Origin: Octopus bimaculoides
Taxonomy: Eukaryota
Direction of reading: 5' to 3'
DNA length: 60,427 nucleotides
NCBI RefSeq assembly: GCF_001194135.2
Contig: NC_068981.1
Location: 140,881,915 to 140,942,341, forward strand
This document shows positions 1 to 14,635 of the stretch, piece by piece. The translations under genes and the position numbers were made by a program. Below the pieces are notes generated by a model that saw nothing but the letters and a program-made list of their open reading frames with translations, did no database searches and was not told the origin of the DNA. Each line of letters begins with the position of its first letter. The stretch's first letter is position 1.

Positions 1-428
1 CAAGAAATTACCCCTTTAATTTGTTATAATATATATATATTTATAAACATAATTAAGGGATCAGCAAATATTTGCTTCACCATATACCGAAGTTCAGAAA
101 TAGCAGCTAAAAAAGCTGAGACTCCAGCAGATAGCATTACTTGTAACTCACAAAGGCAAAAACAAGATGAAAAAAACTATGAAAACTAACCATTCCGAAG
201 TTAATCGTAGACGCGTTTATGGATTATGAGTGATAAATACTCAATATCCTTCATCAATACGATATTCCAGTAGTAAATTCGACCATGCTAGCAAACTGTG
301 CATGCATGAACGAGTGAACATTCTACATCGACACAAACCTGAAAGCATAACCGAATCTACCTCGGCCAGCCAGTCCACTATCCTTCCTTCAAGAAATTAC
401 CCCTTTAATTTGTTATAATATATATATG
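1..428 (+). repeat. Direct repeat unit with 389-bp period
   Basis: CAAGAAATTACCCCTTTAATTTGTTATAATATATATAT starts at 1 and recurs at 390. The left copy is cut by the window edge. Confidence 0.85.
204..264 (-). ncRNA. Degenerate type I minimal hammerhead ribozyme
   Basis: Minus strand reads ATCGGTA-TTGATGA-A-GGAT.AT.TGAGT-ATTTATC-ACTCA.TA.ATCC-A-TAAA-CGCG-TC-TACGAT. Stem I is 6 bp with a bulge, stem II is 4+5 bp, stem III is palindromic (ACGCGT) and the cleavage triplet is GTC. The core has C3>U and G12>U changes. Confidence 0.65.
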
Positions 429-2787
429 TATAAATATATATAAATATATAGACATATCCACATGCATGCTTGAATATGAATTCATATTTATACATTTCTT
501 TTTCATTTAGACATATATATCTCTTTATTGACGCATACATCTATGGAAAATTTATCAGCTTTATGCTTTTCTCTGAAAATATAGTTAACAATATGTCGTC
601 ACATAGATTAATTTATCTACGTTTATATAACTATATATAGACACACGATGAGCATAAGAAAACTTTAATGATATAACCTACCCAATCTGAACCTTTCTAA
701 AATACCTTAGAGTAGAATTCTAATGTAACACCAACAAAAATATCAAATACACTCTAAACTAAGCGGCGTGATGAAATGTATTTCATACTGATATGTCTTT
801 GAGAACCACAAAATGTCAAAAAGTAACATAATACTAAGAATATTGTAAGTTGGGTAAGGAAAACGTTCACTTTTCACGTCAGTCAGTAATAAACAAAAAA
901 CAACAAAATTCCTACACTATGTTAAAATAAGTTTCTTCATCATGGATATCTAGGACCACCCATCTTACACACTCATACATTTACACTACCCGCACGTATT
1001 CTACACCCTTTCTCACTTGAAGAAAAAATGTGCGTGTGGGCCCACAATGCTCACTTATGTGTAATATAATTCGATTACAATCAGTGAAATTATATACGTC
1101 TCTGATTTCTCCTTAGGCTTGTATCTTAACAGATGATGATACATACCTCTGCTGCAGTATCAGCATCATTCTTGCAATTATAAATATTTAATATTATTTA
1201 CATTAGAATAATTTAATTAAGACAACTAATATTGATTCAGCTTGAATATATGGCAAGACAGTTTTTAATTTAAGCAATTATATGTTACGTGGTTTAGTGT
1301 GTTACAAACAGTGGAGCAATCAATTAAACATTTAGCAGCATTTAATCCTACTATGGCCCATAAATTAAGAGCAAGTCATATAACAAATAGAATTATTCGT
1401 CTGTAACGCTGCGCTAAAAAAATATATCGTTGACTTATACTCGTATTAGAAATCGATATTTATAATATATTTTTGTTTCTTGCATTATTAGTTTTTCATA
1501 TTTAAATTTTTTTCCGGAGAAATTAATATTTAGCAACATTTCAATATTTTTATTCATTATCACAATGGCAGTTCGGAAATATTAGAGATAGAAGATTAAC
1601 TCTCTTATTCAGGTGCAGTATGAGACAATATGTTACTTTCCGTCCATGTGTCAATATAATAGCCATGAATATCGTATATTATATCATTTCCAATCCAATT
1701 TGGTAATGAGTGATCTGAATATTGTTTTTTAATGCCTTTTCACCTCCCTCTTCCAAGTTTCGGTTACGTCTCCACGTTACTTTTTCACAATCTATCATAA
1801 ATAGAATAACATTTTTTTTCATCCACTAACAAGCCATCAAAGTGCACTCTAGACACCTACGTTCTGTGAATAAAATCTCCTAAGACATATTGCAATGCAA
1901 TAATAACATTTCTGTCGCTGCAAAAAAGAGACAATCACCTTCCATATCAACTATATATTTGCGTATATCACCATTTATTGTCTTTGACAACACGCGATTA
2001 AAGCTCTGTAAGAAACTAAGATGACAGTCATCAACATCCCTGGCTATGATTTCTAGTGACTATAGATTGATCACATAGCTGACCGTCCATTCAAAATTGT
2101 AGTGTTTCCATTTATCAATTGCTAAATCTACCGGAACAATAAAAACAGCCAAATATGAATTGCAGTAGCATCATAGTTTTCCTCCGGGAACATTCACTCA
2201 AATATTCCAATACTACATGAATTGCATGGGGGACGCGTCCCAAAAGCAATATTCTTTATGCAACATTTGTCAAAACCTCAATTATTTCTTGTGACCATCA
2301 ACACCTAGGATCACCAATTACAAACAGCCATAACACACGAAAAAAAAAAGGACATCACACACAAGGAATATAGAAGATAATAGCAATTATATGCAGCGTC
2401 CAGAGCAAGTAAGAAAAATATTGTAATACGGGAAAGCAATCGCTCAAACGTCTTTAACGGACACTCTGGTAACATGTTTTGTGAAGGTGAAGAAACAACG
2501 CTATTAAAATATTTATTACTTCTTTTTTCATGAATTATGGCACAACATTCCTTCCACGGTTCCATCCCCACAACAATCAAACTTATATTACAACGATAAA
2601 AGGACGCATTTTGGAAAATCGTAAATTGTGCAGAAAACATACCTGCGAAACACCAATAAAACGAATGAAAATTAATAAAAATGAAAGATCACTTGTGTAT
2701 GTGAATGACACAGCTTCTGATTTCAACCTATAAATCCGATATCAATAAATATATATTGAATCCACACAATGAAAAAGAATAAAGAAT

Positions 2788-3042
<255 letters not shown>

Positions 3043-4041
3043 ATAAATATAGATAAATGTGTGTATTCACTTATTATGTATACACACGTACTTATCGACA
3101 ATACCCTAAAACGCTTCTCTTCAGCTGATTCTAAAGGAACATAAACAGCAGAAATACTTTGTGCACATGGAGATTGCAGCAGCATCTACAACGTCATTAC
3201 CGGGAACCTTTCTATCGGAATTATTGTCAGTAATCAAAATTGGAGAGGAAAAGCAATTGTTATTCTCTAGAGTTCACTTCACTTCCTCTGCTTTGACAAG
3301 CTGAAATTTCTTCACATGGACAGAAATAGACTTAGAATACAGAGAAAATGACATGCACAAACTGTCATACTGTAACCATACAATTAAGCACTGCATGCCA
3401 GAATGTTGGGAAGAGTACTCAGCTTAGCATAGACCATGTAATGGCAGAAAGAACAAATTATAGGTTATACGTTCTAGTATGGACTGATAGAAACGCGTCT
3501 GCTATAAATCTGATTGATATTATCTGGCTTCGAACTACAGAACAATAACAACTACAGAAATACATAAGTAACTCAGTGGTAGATAAATGGTACCGGGATT
3601 TTCCAGCACTGAAGTTCACCGTAAAACGAAGGGAGTAGAAATTTATGTCTGGAACCACTATGAAAAATTGTTTTCCTGACCAAACTAAATGAAAGTTTCC
3701 AGGAATTATCTACCTTCGCAATCATTCAGAACAGCGTTTTGTGTTTGCGTACTGACAACCAAGATGCTATGCGTGTGTTGCGAAATACCACTTCAGTGAT
3801 TTTGTACTCGATATAAAAAAAATCTAGAGAGAGGAAACTTGATCTACGAAGGAAATTGACAGGAGAGCACCACCATCAACATAAACAAGTAAAGCAACAG
3901 TCTTGGAAATATTGCCAGGAGGAGGGACAAACAAGTAAATAAAAAAAAAAACGGACACACGAAGATCACTTTTGTGCAGTTCGTTGAGATGTGGTGTATT
4001 ATTTAATTATTATTTTAAAGGTACAAATGCACTCAACTCCA

Positions 4042-4051
4042 AACACACACA

Positions 4052-4096
<45 letters not shown>

Positions 4097-4130
4097 ACAC
4101 ACACACACACCCGCATACACATACACACAC
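4042..4130. repeat. (AC)n microsatellite
   Basis: Directly visible. Confidence 0.97.
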
Positions 4131-4429
4131 CAAGCAGAGGCAAATCGACAAAGAAAATCTACTACCAAAACTGCCGCAACTTGAACCCGCCTCAATAAAA
4201 TGAAAACCCACAGAGGATAGGTAGGAACAGACAGAGAAAAACACTTTATCTTCAATCAATCCCTCATCCAGGTTTTCAAATTCCATTCGGAAAGTAATGG
4301 AAGTGTAGAACGGAAGATGCCGTGTCTAGCGATATGAACCTATATTTAGCATGCACCTATAGGAGAGAGGTGCATTTTCTGTAGTACTTCTGTGAGCAAA
4401 GTGAATCGGGATGTATGTGGATATTTAAT

Positions 4430-5600
4430 TGTCCTTTGCCTCCTTGGTTTGATTTGCATCAGGAGCAACATATTCCCCATTGTCTCCTACTAACGTTCGG
4501 AAGAATTGCTTCGGAACATTTTTTAACAATCTGTTCTCCTCGAAGTGCTTATTTCTGTTCACAAATCTTCTAATCTTCTGCCGTTTTTCCATGATCCTCT
4601 GCTTTAACTACTCTATTACTGCATCAAAGCTTTTCTTCCTTATTTGATAGTTCTTCTTCAGTCTTTCTCGCTTGGTATTTTTCCATTTTTTTAGTTCTCT
4701 CTTAACCATTCCTCACTTTTTCCTAGACCTTACCTTGCCAGCATTACGTCCTTTTCAATACGTCGTTTCCACCATGGTTCTTTTACTCCACCATTTTTTA
4801 TTCTCTTAAGTTGTAATTTCTGTTCATCAAGTAGTGCAATAGGACGGAGACGATCTCTTGTTGGTGTTATGACCTCCGTCTCGATGTATGCTATAACAGT
4901 ATTTATCTTTTGTATTACTTTGTTTATCATACTCCTCTCTACCTTTCTTATATTCATGGAGATTTTTTTCTTCTGGAGCATTCATCAAGTTAGTGAGTTG
5001 TCATTATCTAGTTGGTTCATTTGCCCTGCATGTACACCTATAACAATATCAGGGTTCACTGTATAACATTCCTCATCATTAACAACCCCATTACCATTCC
5101 CCTGTTCCTCCTGCCTACCTTTCTCCTTGCTTTCAACTCTTACTTCTCTGTGTTCAACTCCGACCATCCTTTACAGCTGATCTGCAGGGTCTCTCAGACT
5201 GTCCGTAATCTGAGGTATTTCTACTCCAGTTAAGTAACCCTTCCTCATAATCACTCTCACTTGGTTCATTAGTCTATTTTCTGACATTTAGCACATGTCA
5301 TTTTCCATCCTAAATTTCAAGGTTCGCCGGCCTACTTCGCAACTTATTTCCAGCTTTGCCTTTTCATGACATTCCATAAGTGTATCGTACTCTTCCTTCG
5401 CCTACTTATGTCTGTTTTTCGGCACACCATGTATGTGATCTTTTGTGAGATGCGGGCGGTTTCGGACGTGCCGGGTGGGAAACCTTCACAATAATCGGCT
5501 ATAGCTGCATTCTCTTGTTGCGTTGCATCATAATTACATGAGTCGTTCGTGGGGTTACTACGAGAGTTGTTACTGAGATCCCACCTCTCTCTTCCATTCT
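4430..5600 (-). mobile_element. R4/Dong-like non-LTR retrotransposon, N-terminal (pre-RT) fragment, degenerate
   Basis: Peptides KEPWWKRRIEKD, NRLMNQVRVIMRKGYL and EENRLLKNVPKQFFRTL resemble the N-terminal region of R4/Dong REL elements. Multiple stops and frameshifts. Confidence 0.75.
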
Positions 5601-5748
5601 TTATTTGCATATACACGTGCACATGTATGTACATACACGTACATATAAATAATGTGCTTGCATTGTGTCGCCTCCATAACCACAGTGATAATCATTACCA
5701 CCATCCTTCTACCTACAACATTTAAATTTATAAATGTGTCCGCGTATA

Positions 5749-5878
5749 TTACTGCAAATCTTCGTCACTCTTTATCAAATACCTGGCAAGCATTCTGCTT
5801 TCACTCCTTATACAATGGTCTATACTAATCAGTCCTCTGGCAGCATTCTGTCTCTTTACGCTTGCAGTTAACACATTC
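5749..5878 (-). mobile_element. R4/Dong-like post-RT fragment
   Basis: KRQNAARGLISIDHCIRSE matches the R(K)xGGRGLxSxxxC motif. It abuts an (AAT)n array. Confidence 0.7.
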
Positions 5879-5888
5879 ATTATTATTA

Positions 5889-5967
<79 letters not shown>

Positions 5968-5975
5968 CATTATCA

Positions 5976-6072
<97 letters not shown>
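5876..6072. repeat. (ATT)n microsatellite
   Basis: Long, nearly pure trinucleotide array. Confidence 0.98.
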
Positions 6073-6074
<2 letters not shown>

Positions 6075-6202
6075 CTTCGTAACACAGTGTAGGTAAAAAT
6101 ACACCGCTGTCAAAGCTGGTGCATATTCCTTTCAAAGCTGGCGATTATTCCATTTATTATTATTATTATTATTTTATGTTTGACTTTCGTTTTGCATTTG
6201 TA

Positions 6203-7479
<1,277 letters not shown>

Positions 7480-7480
<1 letters not shown>

Positions 7481-7525
7481 ACAACAACAACAACAACAAC
7501 TATAATAATAATAATAATAATAATA

Positions 7526-7571
<46 letters not shown>

Positions 7572-7621
7572 GGATGATGATGATGATGATGATGATGATA
7601 ATGATGATGATGATGATGATG

Positions 7622-7665
<44 letters not shown>

Positions 7666-7720
7666 TTAATAATTATTATTATTATCACCATCATTATTAT
7701 TATTGTTATTATTATTATTG
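7480..7720. repeat. Compound (CAA)n/(TAA)n/(GAT)n/(AAT)n microsatellite
   Basis: Directly visible. Confidence 0.97.
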
Positions 7721-8372
7721 TTGCTGTTTTACTTCTCAGAATGGTCGGTCCTGTTTTGTTCTAGTAGATTCAGTGAGAGGGAATAGCAACTTGCACTCAG
7801 AGGTCTCAAAGCCTCTCTTTTAGCACATTTTAAGCTTTGATACTTGGTCGTCAGTTATCTTAGAAGACATCGTACATCCAAGTACCAATCTCAAAATCCT
7901 AGTTGTCCCCAGTAGAGCAGATTTTTGGGCTTGCTCTGTTCTCATGTCAATTCCGATTTCTTTGACATATTTCTCGAACTTAGTTGTTAGTGCTCCGAGT
8001 GCCTCTATAACTACTGGAATGATAGACACTCTCCACATATTCCATATTCTTGCAATTTCGTCTTTTAGCAATCAGTACGTTTCCAACTTTTTTAGTTCTT
8101 TGTGCATCTCTATGTATTGGTTTCCTGTTTTCCTTTATCTACCTCCGAGTCTCGATTAGGGAGTCGCATTGGAATATAAGATTCCTCATATCTTATGCTC
8201 CTTGTTCTCGGTGACTTTCTGGTTCATGTTCTTGCCATTTTCGTGTTTTGTTCAGGTCAGACTTTTTACATAGCCTCCAGTACACGATTTAGCCTGCTTT
8301 TTGGCCAGCTTGCTACACTCTGTCACAATACGTGAGATTGTTTTGTTTCTGCTGCCACACATCCTGCACAGG
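7721..8372 (-). mobile_element. Second R4/Dong-like 5'-truncated copy (REL C-terminus and 3' UTR)
   Basis: LKDEIARIWNMWRVSIIPVVIEALGAL...AQKSALLGTTRILRLVL. Its 3' UTR differs from the 6339-7480 copy and it ends in AAT-type repeats. Confidence 0.88.
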
Positions 8373-9879
8373 GGTAAATTTTAAATCATCATCTTCATCA
8401 TCATCTACATTGTTGTTGTTATAAAATAAGACAAAGGGAATAATTTATCTTCCCAGCTGCATTTCAAGGAGTATATCATATTACATTAAATCTATTGTAC
8501 TGCAAAGTTAATAGTAATTCTCCATACTCATGAAGCGTTCCTTTGTCGATATGAAATTATTCCGGATAAAAGACATAAGTGGTTTTGTAATTTGTTTGGT
8601 GTTATGTACAATTATTATGTTAAGTTACGTTCTCACGTTCATAACCATTATCATAAACCTAATTCGCATGATTTGTATCTTATCTTTCAGTCATATTAAA
8701 GAAAACGTGTACCTCTGGTATCTCGTGTCACGGTATACATCACAAGAGTCTTAAAGTGAGTTTAGTAACTAACTTCTAGATAGGTAATGTATAATCTACT
8801 CCGTACATTTTCAATGAGAATTCTCTGTGAATGGTGGAGTTTAAGTATCTCATGTTCCCAGGAGTTCTCCAATCATACTGCATCATATTACTAAATGAAT
8901 CATCATACATAAGCCGAGAGGTTTTTTTTTCCTTTATATGTATAATGTTGTATGGGCAATTCATTTTACTATTCCGTTATTCTACGCCGGTAACAAATAG
9001 TTAAATTCCAATACCGTTATATTATGATACGATTAGTTAAATGCTCGCTGGGAGATCTTCAAAGTTACTATTACGTATTTTATGTTCCGCATAATAGCAT
9101 ATTCTCAATATGGCCAAGTTGTGCATATTAATCGAATTGGAAATGTGATAAAAGAAAAAAAAATAAATAAACGTTTGATATTAGTCAAAGAATATTATGT
9201 GATTTATCCATTCATATTTCCCCTTGCAGATAGATGATTGTAAAGATGAAAATAGTTTTCCCCATTTGAAAGGGGGATCTTAACAAATATATTAGAATAG
9301 AATGAAAACAACTGGAAATGATCGATTGATATTGACTATGCCTTCTTCGAAACGGTCTTTGACTCTTGGGCATAAGGATATATTGCAATGTGTAATAAAA
9401 AATATGTCTCCGCTTAACACTGCTCGCTCTGACAATTGGATTCAATTCATTTTTTTAAGGATCGAAGCCACTTTCATATAGCAACATCATTATTTCTTCT
9501 ATTGAGCACTTATTGGGAATATTATATTCAGCATATCTCTACAAAAGAAATGAAGGTTTGGAATGTATGGATTCCTTCTAGTTAGAAAGAGGTGAAAGGC
9601 TTTCTTGTGGTCAAAAATATGAGGATTTACACTAGATTCAATAAAACTGAGGTAATATTGCATGCCCACGATGTGCAAATATCAATACATATCTAAAATA
9701 ACGCATTGAACAGGAGTAGAAGCATTTCACTGAATGCAAATAATGTTTGGTAACTTGCTGTCATATGACACTTTTGGTATATAATTTATAGATATGTTCG
9801 GATCTTATGGTTCAGGTAGGAAGAAATGCTTCCTTGAAAATGGATGGTTGACTGGAACCCGTATCATTAATAGGGGTCC

Positions 9880-9990
9880 CAGTAAGGCAGAGCCCGACTT
9901 TGCATTTCAGCCTTACGGGGTCCATAAAATAAGTACCAGTTGAACACAGATTGAATATTGTTAGCTCTGTGCCAAAATTTGAAATAATAG
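9880..9990 (+). mobile_element. SINE family 1 fragment (central domain and tail)
   Basis: GACTTTGCATTTCAGCCTTACGGGGTCCATAAAATAAGTACCAGTTG...TGTGCCAAAATTTGAAA aligns to the copy at 32822. Confidence 0.75.
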
Positions 9991-11660
9991 AGCTTCCGAT
10001 AAAATGTAGAAATTTTGGTTTTCCAGTTCAAATACCACCAGAATCAATTCTGCATTTCATCCTTCCAAACACAAATAAATAATACAACGTTGAAGTATTG
10101 GGTTGATTTAAATGATTATAACTTATCATAAATCATATTCAATTACTCGTATGTGTGTTATGACTAATTTAAGAGATGAATGGCTAAACAATTATGTAAT
10201 TAACCGGACATACGAGAATATGTATCGAAGATTATAGAGTAATATACTACGCAGCTGTTCCCAAATATATAACATCAACAAGTAAAGGCCAATATATCAT
10301 CTTGGTATATTACTATATATGAAAACGTTCTCATGGTATGATCAGTGGAATATATTTCAAGTGTTCGTTGCATATTAGGTTTTCCTCTCTAAAGAATAAG
10401 TTCCATTTGCATTACAGCTAAATGGGTTTGGAATAACAACCTCTAAACGAAGGAGGACAAATTGTATTGAGTAATGTAACATGAGGCTCAAGAGCATATG
10501 ATATCTGACGACTGGAATATATGATCGTATGAATGCTCGTCCTGAACAAAGACGAGACAGTATCGATATACTGAAAACTATTAGTAGTACGGCGATTATA
10601 TATACAGACATAGAGGGAGATAATGACAAACATATATACATGCATACATACGCAAGCATATATATATATATATATANNNNNNNNNNNNNNNNNNNNNNNN
10701 NNNNNNNNNNNNNNNNNNNNNNNNNNNNNNNNNNNNNNNNNNNNNNNNNNNNNNNNNNNNNNNNNNNNNNNNNNNNNNNNNNNNNNNNNNNNNNNNNNNN
10801 NNNNNNNNNNNNNNNNNNNNNNNNNNNNNNNNNNNNNNNNNNNNNNNNNNNNNNNNNNNNNNNNNNNNNNNNNNNNNNNNNNNNNNNNNNNNNNNNNNNN
10901 NNNNNNNNNNNNNNNNNNNNNNNNNNNNNNNNNNNNNNNNNNNNNNNNNNNNNNNNNNNNNNNNNNNNNNNNNNNNNNNNNNNNNNNNNNNNNNNNNNNN
11001 NNNNNNNNNNNNNNNNNNNNNNNNNNNNNNNNNNNNNNNNNNNNNNNNNNNNNNNNNNNNNNNNNNNNNNNNNNNNNNNNNNNNNNNNNNNNNNNNNNNN
11101 NNNNNNNNNNNNNNNNNNNNNNNNNNNNNNNNNNNNNNNNNNNNNNNNNNNNNNNNNNNNNNNNNNNNNNNNNNNNNNNNNNNNNNNNNNNNNNNNNNNN
11201 NNNNNNNNNNNNNNNNNNNNNNNNNNNNNNNNNNNNNNNNNNNNNNNNNNNNNNNNNNNNNNNNNNNNNNNNNNNNNNNNNNNNNNNNNNNNNNNNNNNN
11301 NNNNNNNNNNNNNNNNNNNNNNNNNNNNNNNNNNNNNNNNNNNNNNNNNNNNNNNNNNNNNNNNNNNNNNNNNNNNNNNNNNNNNNNNNNNNNNNNNNNN
11401 NNNNNNNNNNNNNNNNNNNNNNNNNNNNNNNNNNNNNNNNNNNNNNNNNNNNNNNNNNNNNNNNNNNNNNNNNNNNNNNNNNNNNNNNNNNNNNNNNNNN
11501 NNNNNNNNNGTGCTGGAGATCTTGGGGAATTAACTCCCTGTTAGCGATAAAAGAAAATAAGTATTTTAGACCAAAAGCCCATATGAAAGTTTCATTCTCT
11601 AATGGTAACTACTGCAGTGAAGTTTATTCTAACAGAATATCCACGTTTAATTGAGAAATT

Positions 11661-12105
11661 AACGAGCCCGTTTCGGCGGTGTGGTTAGGGAAGAAATTGT
11701 GGACCAGGGTGACACGCAGGTTGTGGGCACCTTTGAAGGAGAGAAGGGGTAGGTTGGGGTGATGGCGTGGTAGAGGGGTCGAACTGGAGTGGACGAAAGT
11801 CTCGGAGGATTGTGCGTTGCAGTGGCAGGATGGAGAGGCGGTAAGTTAGGGGAAATGGGGGACGAGCAACGGCGAGTCGGTTGCAGCAAGAGAAAGCAGA
11901 GCACGGTCGGCGGAACGTGCTCTGGCAAGGGCTGTGTGGATGGTTGTGAGGGGATATCCACGAAGAATGAAGTGGCGAGACATGAGTTGGGACTGAGTCT
12001 CAAAGTCATGGTTGTCACTGCAGAGCCTGCGCAGAGGGAGAAATTGAGAGTAGGTGATGGGGAGCTTGGTATATGTAGGGTGGTTAGAGGAATATATAGA
12101 CATAT
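11661..12105 (-). mobile_element. Penelope-like element, RT C-terminal/linker fragment
   Basis: SSNHPTYTKLPITYSQFLPLRRLCSD...FILRGYP matches the PLE HPxxxKxxIxYSQFLRxRRxCS...RGYP motif. LPLLSFKGAHNLRVTLVH follows in another frame. The segment is a GC-rich island. Confidence 0.85.
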
Positions 12106-13701
12106 AATGAGATAGAAAAGAACGAAACTTCTATTTGGGTCCCCTGCATATATTCTGTTTACCACATTTCACAAGTAATATTTTGCTACATTCGGTGCTA
12201 TTTTAGAGAACGATATGTAGAGTGATATAAAAACATCGAAAAAAAGAAGGAATTGATTGCGACACAAACTTCATAATGACATGGTTTATTCCTGGTTCCT
12301 GAATACTAAGCTGGTTATGCTTTTGCCAAAAATATTAAGCAAACGTCCAGACAGCTCTCCTGATATTCATTTGCGGCTATAACCTAAATAAAACTATTCT
12401 GTTGTAATGTATTAATTAGTTGGCTTTTGAAGCTCAAATATTTTGATGTTCAATTAGATTATCGTTGTTAAAATTTGCTTGTTATTACAGTAGAAGACTT
12501 CTTATTGTTTTCTCTTTTTTTTTCATCTTTCACTACAGTAAAATATGATTTCAGAGGGACGAAACAGTAATTAGTAAAATATACGTAATTAAATACTAAT
12601 TACGTCTGAACCAGAAAGAGAGGCTTGTTGTTTAATACATAAATGCTGATAGTTTAAAATTATGTGCTATCTAAAAAGTATAATAAAAGCACAGAGGTAG
12701 GTAGGTGGTGGTCCATGAAATGTAATTAAGTACACCTAAATCATACAACGCACTTTGTTTCTCCTAGTTTAGTATGAGATTATCAACGGACATATGGGCA
12801 AAGTAGCCTCAGACGTGATAGTCCTGTTTTGATATTTTTAGAGGCTGCAACGTATGTTCCTATTTACTGTGACATATATTAATGAAATGTCTAACAAGCC
12901 AGTTAGCAGCGTGGGAAATCTTCCTCTAGATTTTTATGCAATAATTAAATGGTTTGTCAACGGTTATAGAAGAATGTAAAATATGCTCAATGGTATGGTT
13001 AAGCAATATAGGGATTTCACATCCCTTACTGTCTTCCAGAAATGTAGTGGGTTTTCTCATTCTCAAACATTCAAGTAGCTAATGTAAATTACTCATAAAA
13101 TTTTACTGTTGTATTTTATATATATACCAAACTTGTTTGCAAATGACGCAGCATCTATTCATTTCTTATCTCAGTTATCGCTCTAGGCTACAAATTTGCA
13201 TAATTTATACAGTAGCTGAACATAACTGAACATTAGACTTTTGTTTTCGTAACGGCATTAGCTGTTAATTTCGAAGGATGGTATCATCCTTTATTACAAA
13301 GTAAGTCTGTTGTATTTCCACTTATAGTAGGCAATAATATAATTTGAAGACACACTATTAAACGCAACATTTCAGGAAATAAATCTGCCAACCTTTTAAT
13401 GCATCAACTATTAAAATCTTACTTTTTCCGTCAACAACAATTGAAACATGTAGTTCTCCAGTATAAGCAATTAAAATGCCCATCATATATTAATTGGACC
13501 GAAGATCTAACAAAAGCCACTCACCAACATGCAACTTAAATGTCGGTGTTATATGACAAATACAATTAATTCGTCCTTAATCTCAAAATGTTCTTTATTT
13601 TCAGCTCTCTCTCTATAAATATATTATTCAACAATAGAAAAAAAGATACATTCAGTTCTTTTTTGTGTTTCTTTCCCTTTACGAATTTTGTATTTGAACA
13701 G

Positions 13702-13827
13702 GATGGATTGTACTTCTTAGTGTATTTGCAACTTTTATTTTACTCAATAATATGATATTTATTACAGAATTCCGATACTTTGTAGCCGGAAACAGAGCCG
13801 AGGAACCCGTGTGGGTTAAAGAGTATG
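13702..13827 (+). CDS. Candidate internal exon (126 nt, phase 1-1) of an unidentified membrane protein
   Basis: Acceptor ttttgtatttgaacag with a pyrimidine tract upstream; donor G|gtattt. Open frame (G)WIVLLSVFATFILLNNMIFITEFRYFVAGNRAEEPVWVKEY(G) gives a hydrophobic helix then a polar segment. No partner exons established. Confidence 0.45.
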
Positions 13828-13969
13828 GTATTTAATTAATTCAATGCAAATCTATTCAATACAAAGTAATAGTGGCATAATATTTTGCACTTTCATCAAA
13901 TATATATACTATCAATTATAGGCAATGCAATATGACACCATGTTACATGCTTTAGTGTGAATATTAAGA

Positions 13970-14095
13970 CAATTCCGCCTTTCATCCCTTCGGTGTCGAT
14001 AGATTAAATACCAGTTACGTACTGGGGTCGATCTTATCGACTGGCCCCTCCCGAAATATTTCGAGCCTTGTGCCTAGAGTAGAAAAGAATATCAA
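13970..14095 (+). mobile_element. SINE family 1, 3' half
   Basis: GCCTTTCATCCCTTCGGTGTCGATAGATTAAATACCAGTT...CTGGGGTCGATCTTATCGACT...GCCTTGTGCC. Confidence 0.85.
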
Positions 14096-14541
14096 TATTA
14101 AAATAAATTTAACTCAGAAGATGAATGAAAGTTAAGGAGCTACAGTAGGAAACTTCCGAAAGCAGTGCCTGTGGTGTCTACCCCAGATTAAGCTCTTTGT
14201 CACTATCGAAGCAGTAAATAATGATATAAGGTACTACGTATAATATGCCTAGCTAAAAGATCCACCTGAGATATGACGAAAAAGCCCTATTAATGTGTCT
14301 ATTAATTTACTACGTTTTGTTAAATGTGGGGCGAAATTGCAAACAGCACTTCAGTTATTAACGGAAATTGACAGAGAGTTGCTTTAATATTGTTTGAATG
14401 TAAAAAGTGAATATTTCGTTAGTGTGCTTGTTATTCAAAAATAAGTATTAATCGGAAGTAGAAACGTATGTGGAAGGGACATATATGCAGAAAGGAAGAG
14501 AGCGTGAGAGAGAGTGAAAGAGATAGTCATAACATAAGTTG

Positions 14542-14577
<36 letters not shown>

Positions 14578-14597
14578 TAATAAAATTNNNNNNNNNN

Positions 14598-14635
<38 letters not shown>

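Noticed and set aside
230-418. ORF with KLCMHERVNIL, resembling a GIY-YIG C-terminal CxLCxxEK motif
   Set aside because: Only a few residues match, it is antisense to the better-supported hammerhead, and no other endonuclease motifs are present.
1880-2300. Minus-strand frame containing EGDCLFFA (OTU-like)
   Set aside because: Many in-frame stops and no further motif support.
3200-3900. Possible ancient LINE remnant
   Set aside because: No motif could be aligned with confidence.
4255-4335. FHSESNGSVER, resembling the integrase motif HPQSNGxVER
   Set aside because: An isolated short match with no flanking integrase sequence.
9217-9290. Strong acceptor-like ATTTCCCTTGCAG (the same 13-mer occurs at about 32328)
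   Set aside because: All frames hit stops quickly at 9230. Only a 22-nt candidate follows the second site, and there is no coding support.
10529-11654. Very long ORFs spanning N runs (also at 17-19, 24, 27, 30, 53 and 57 kb)
   Set aside because: These are gap artefacts.
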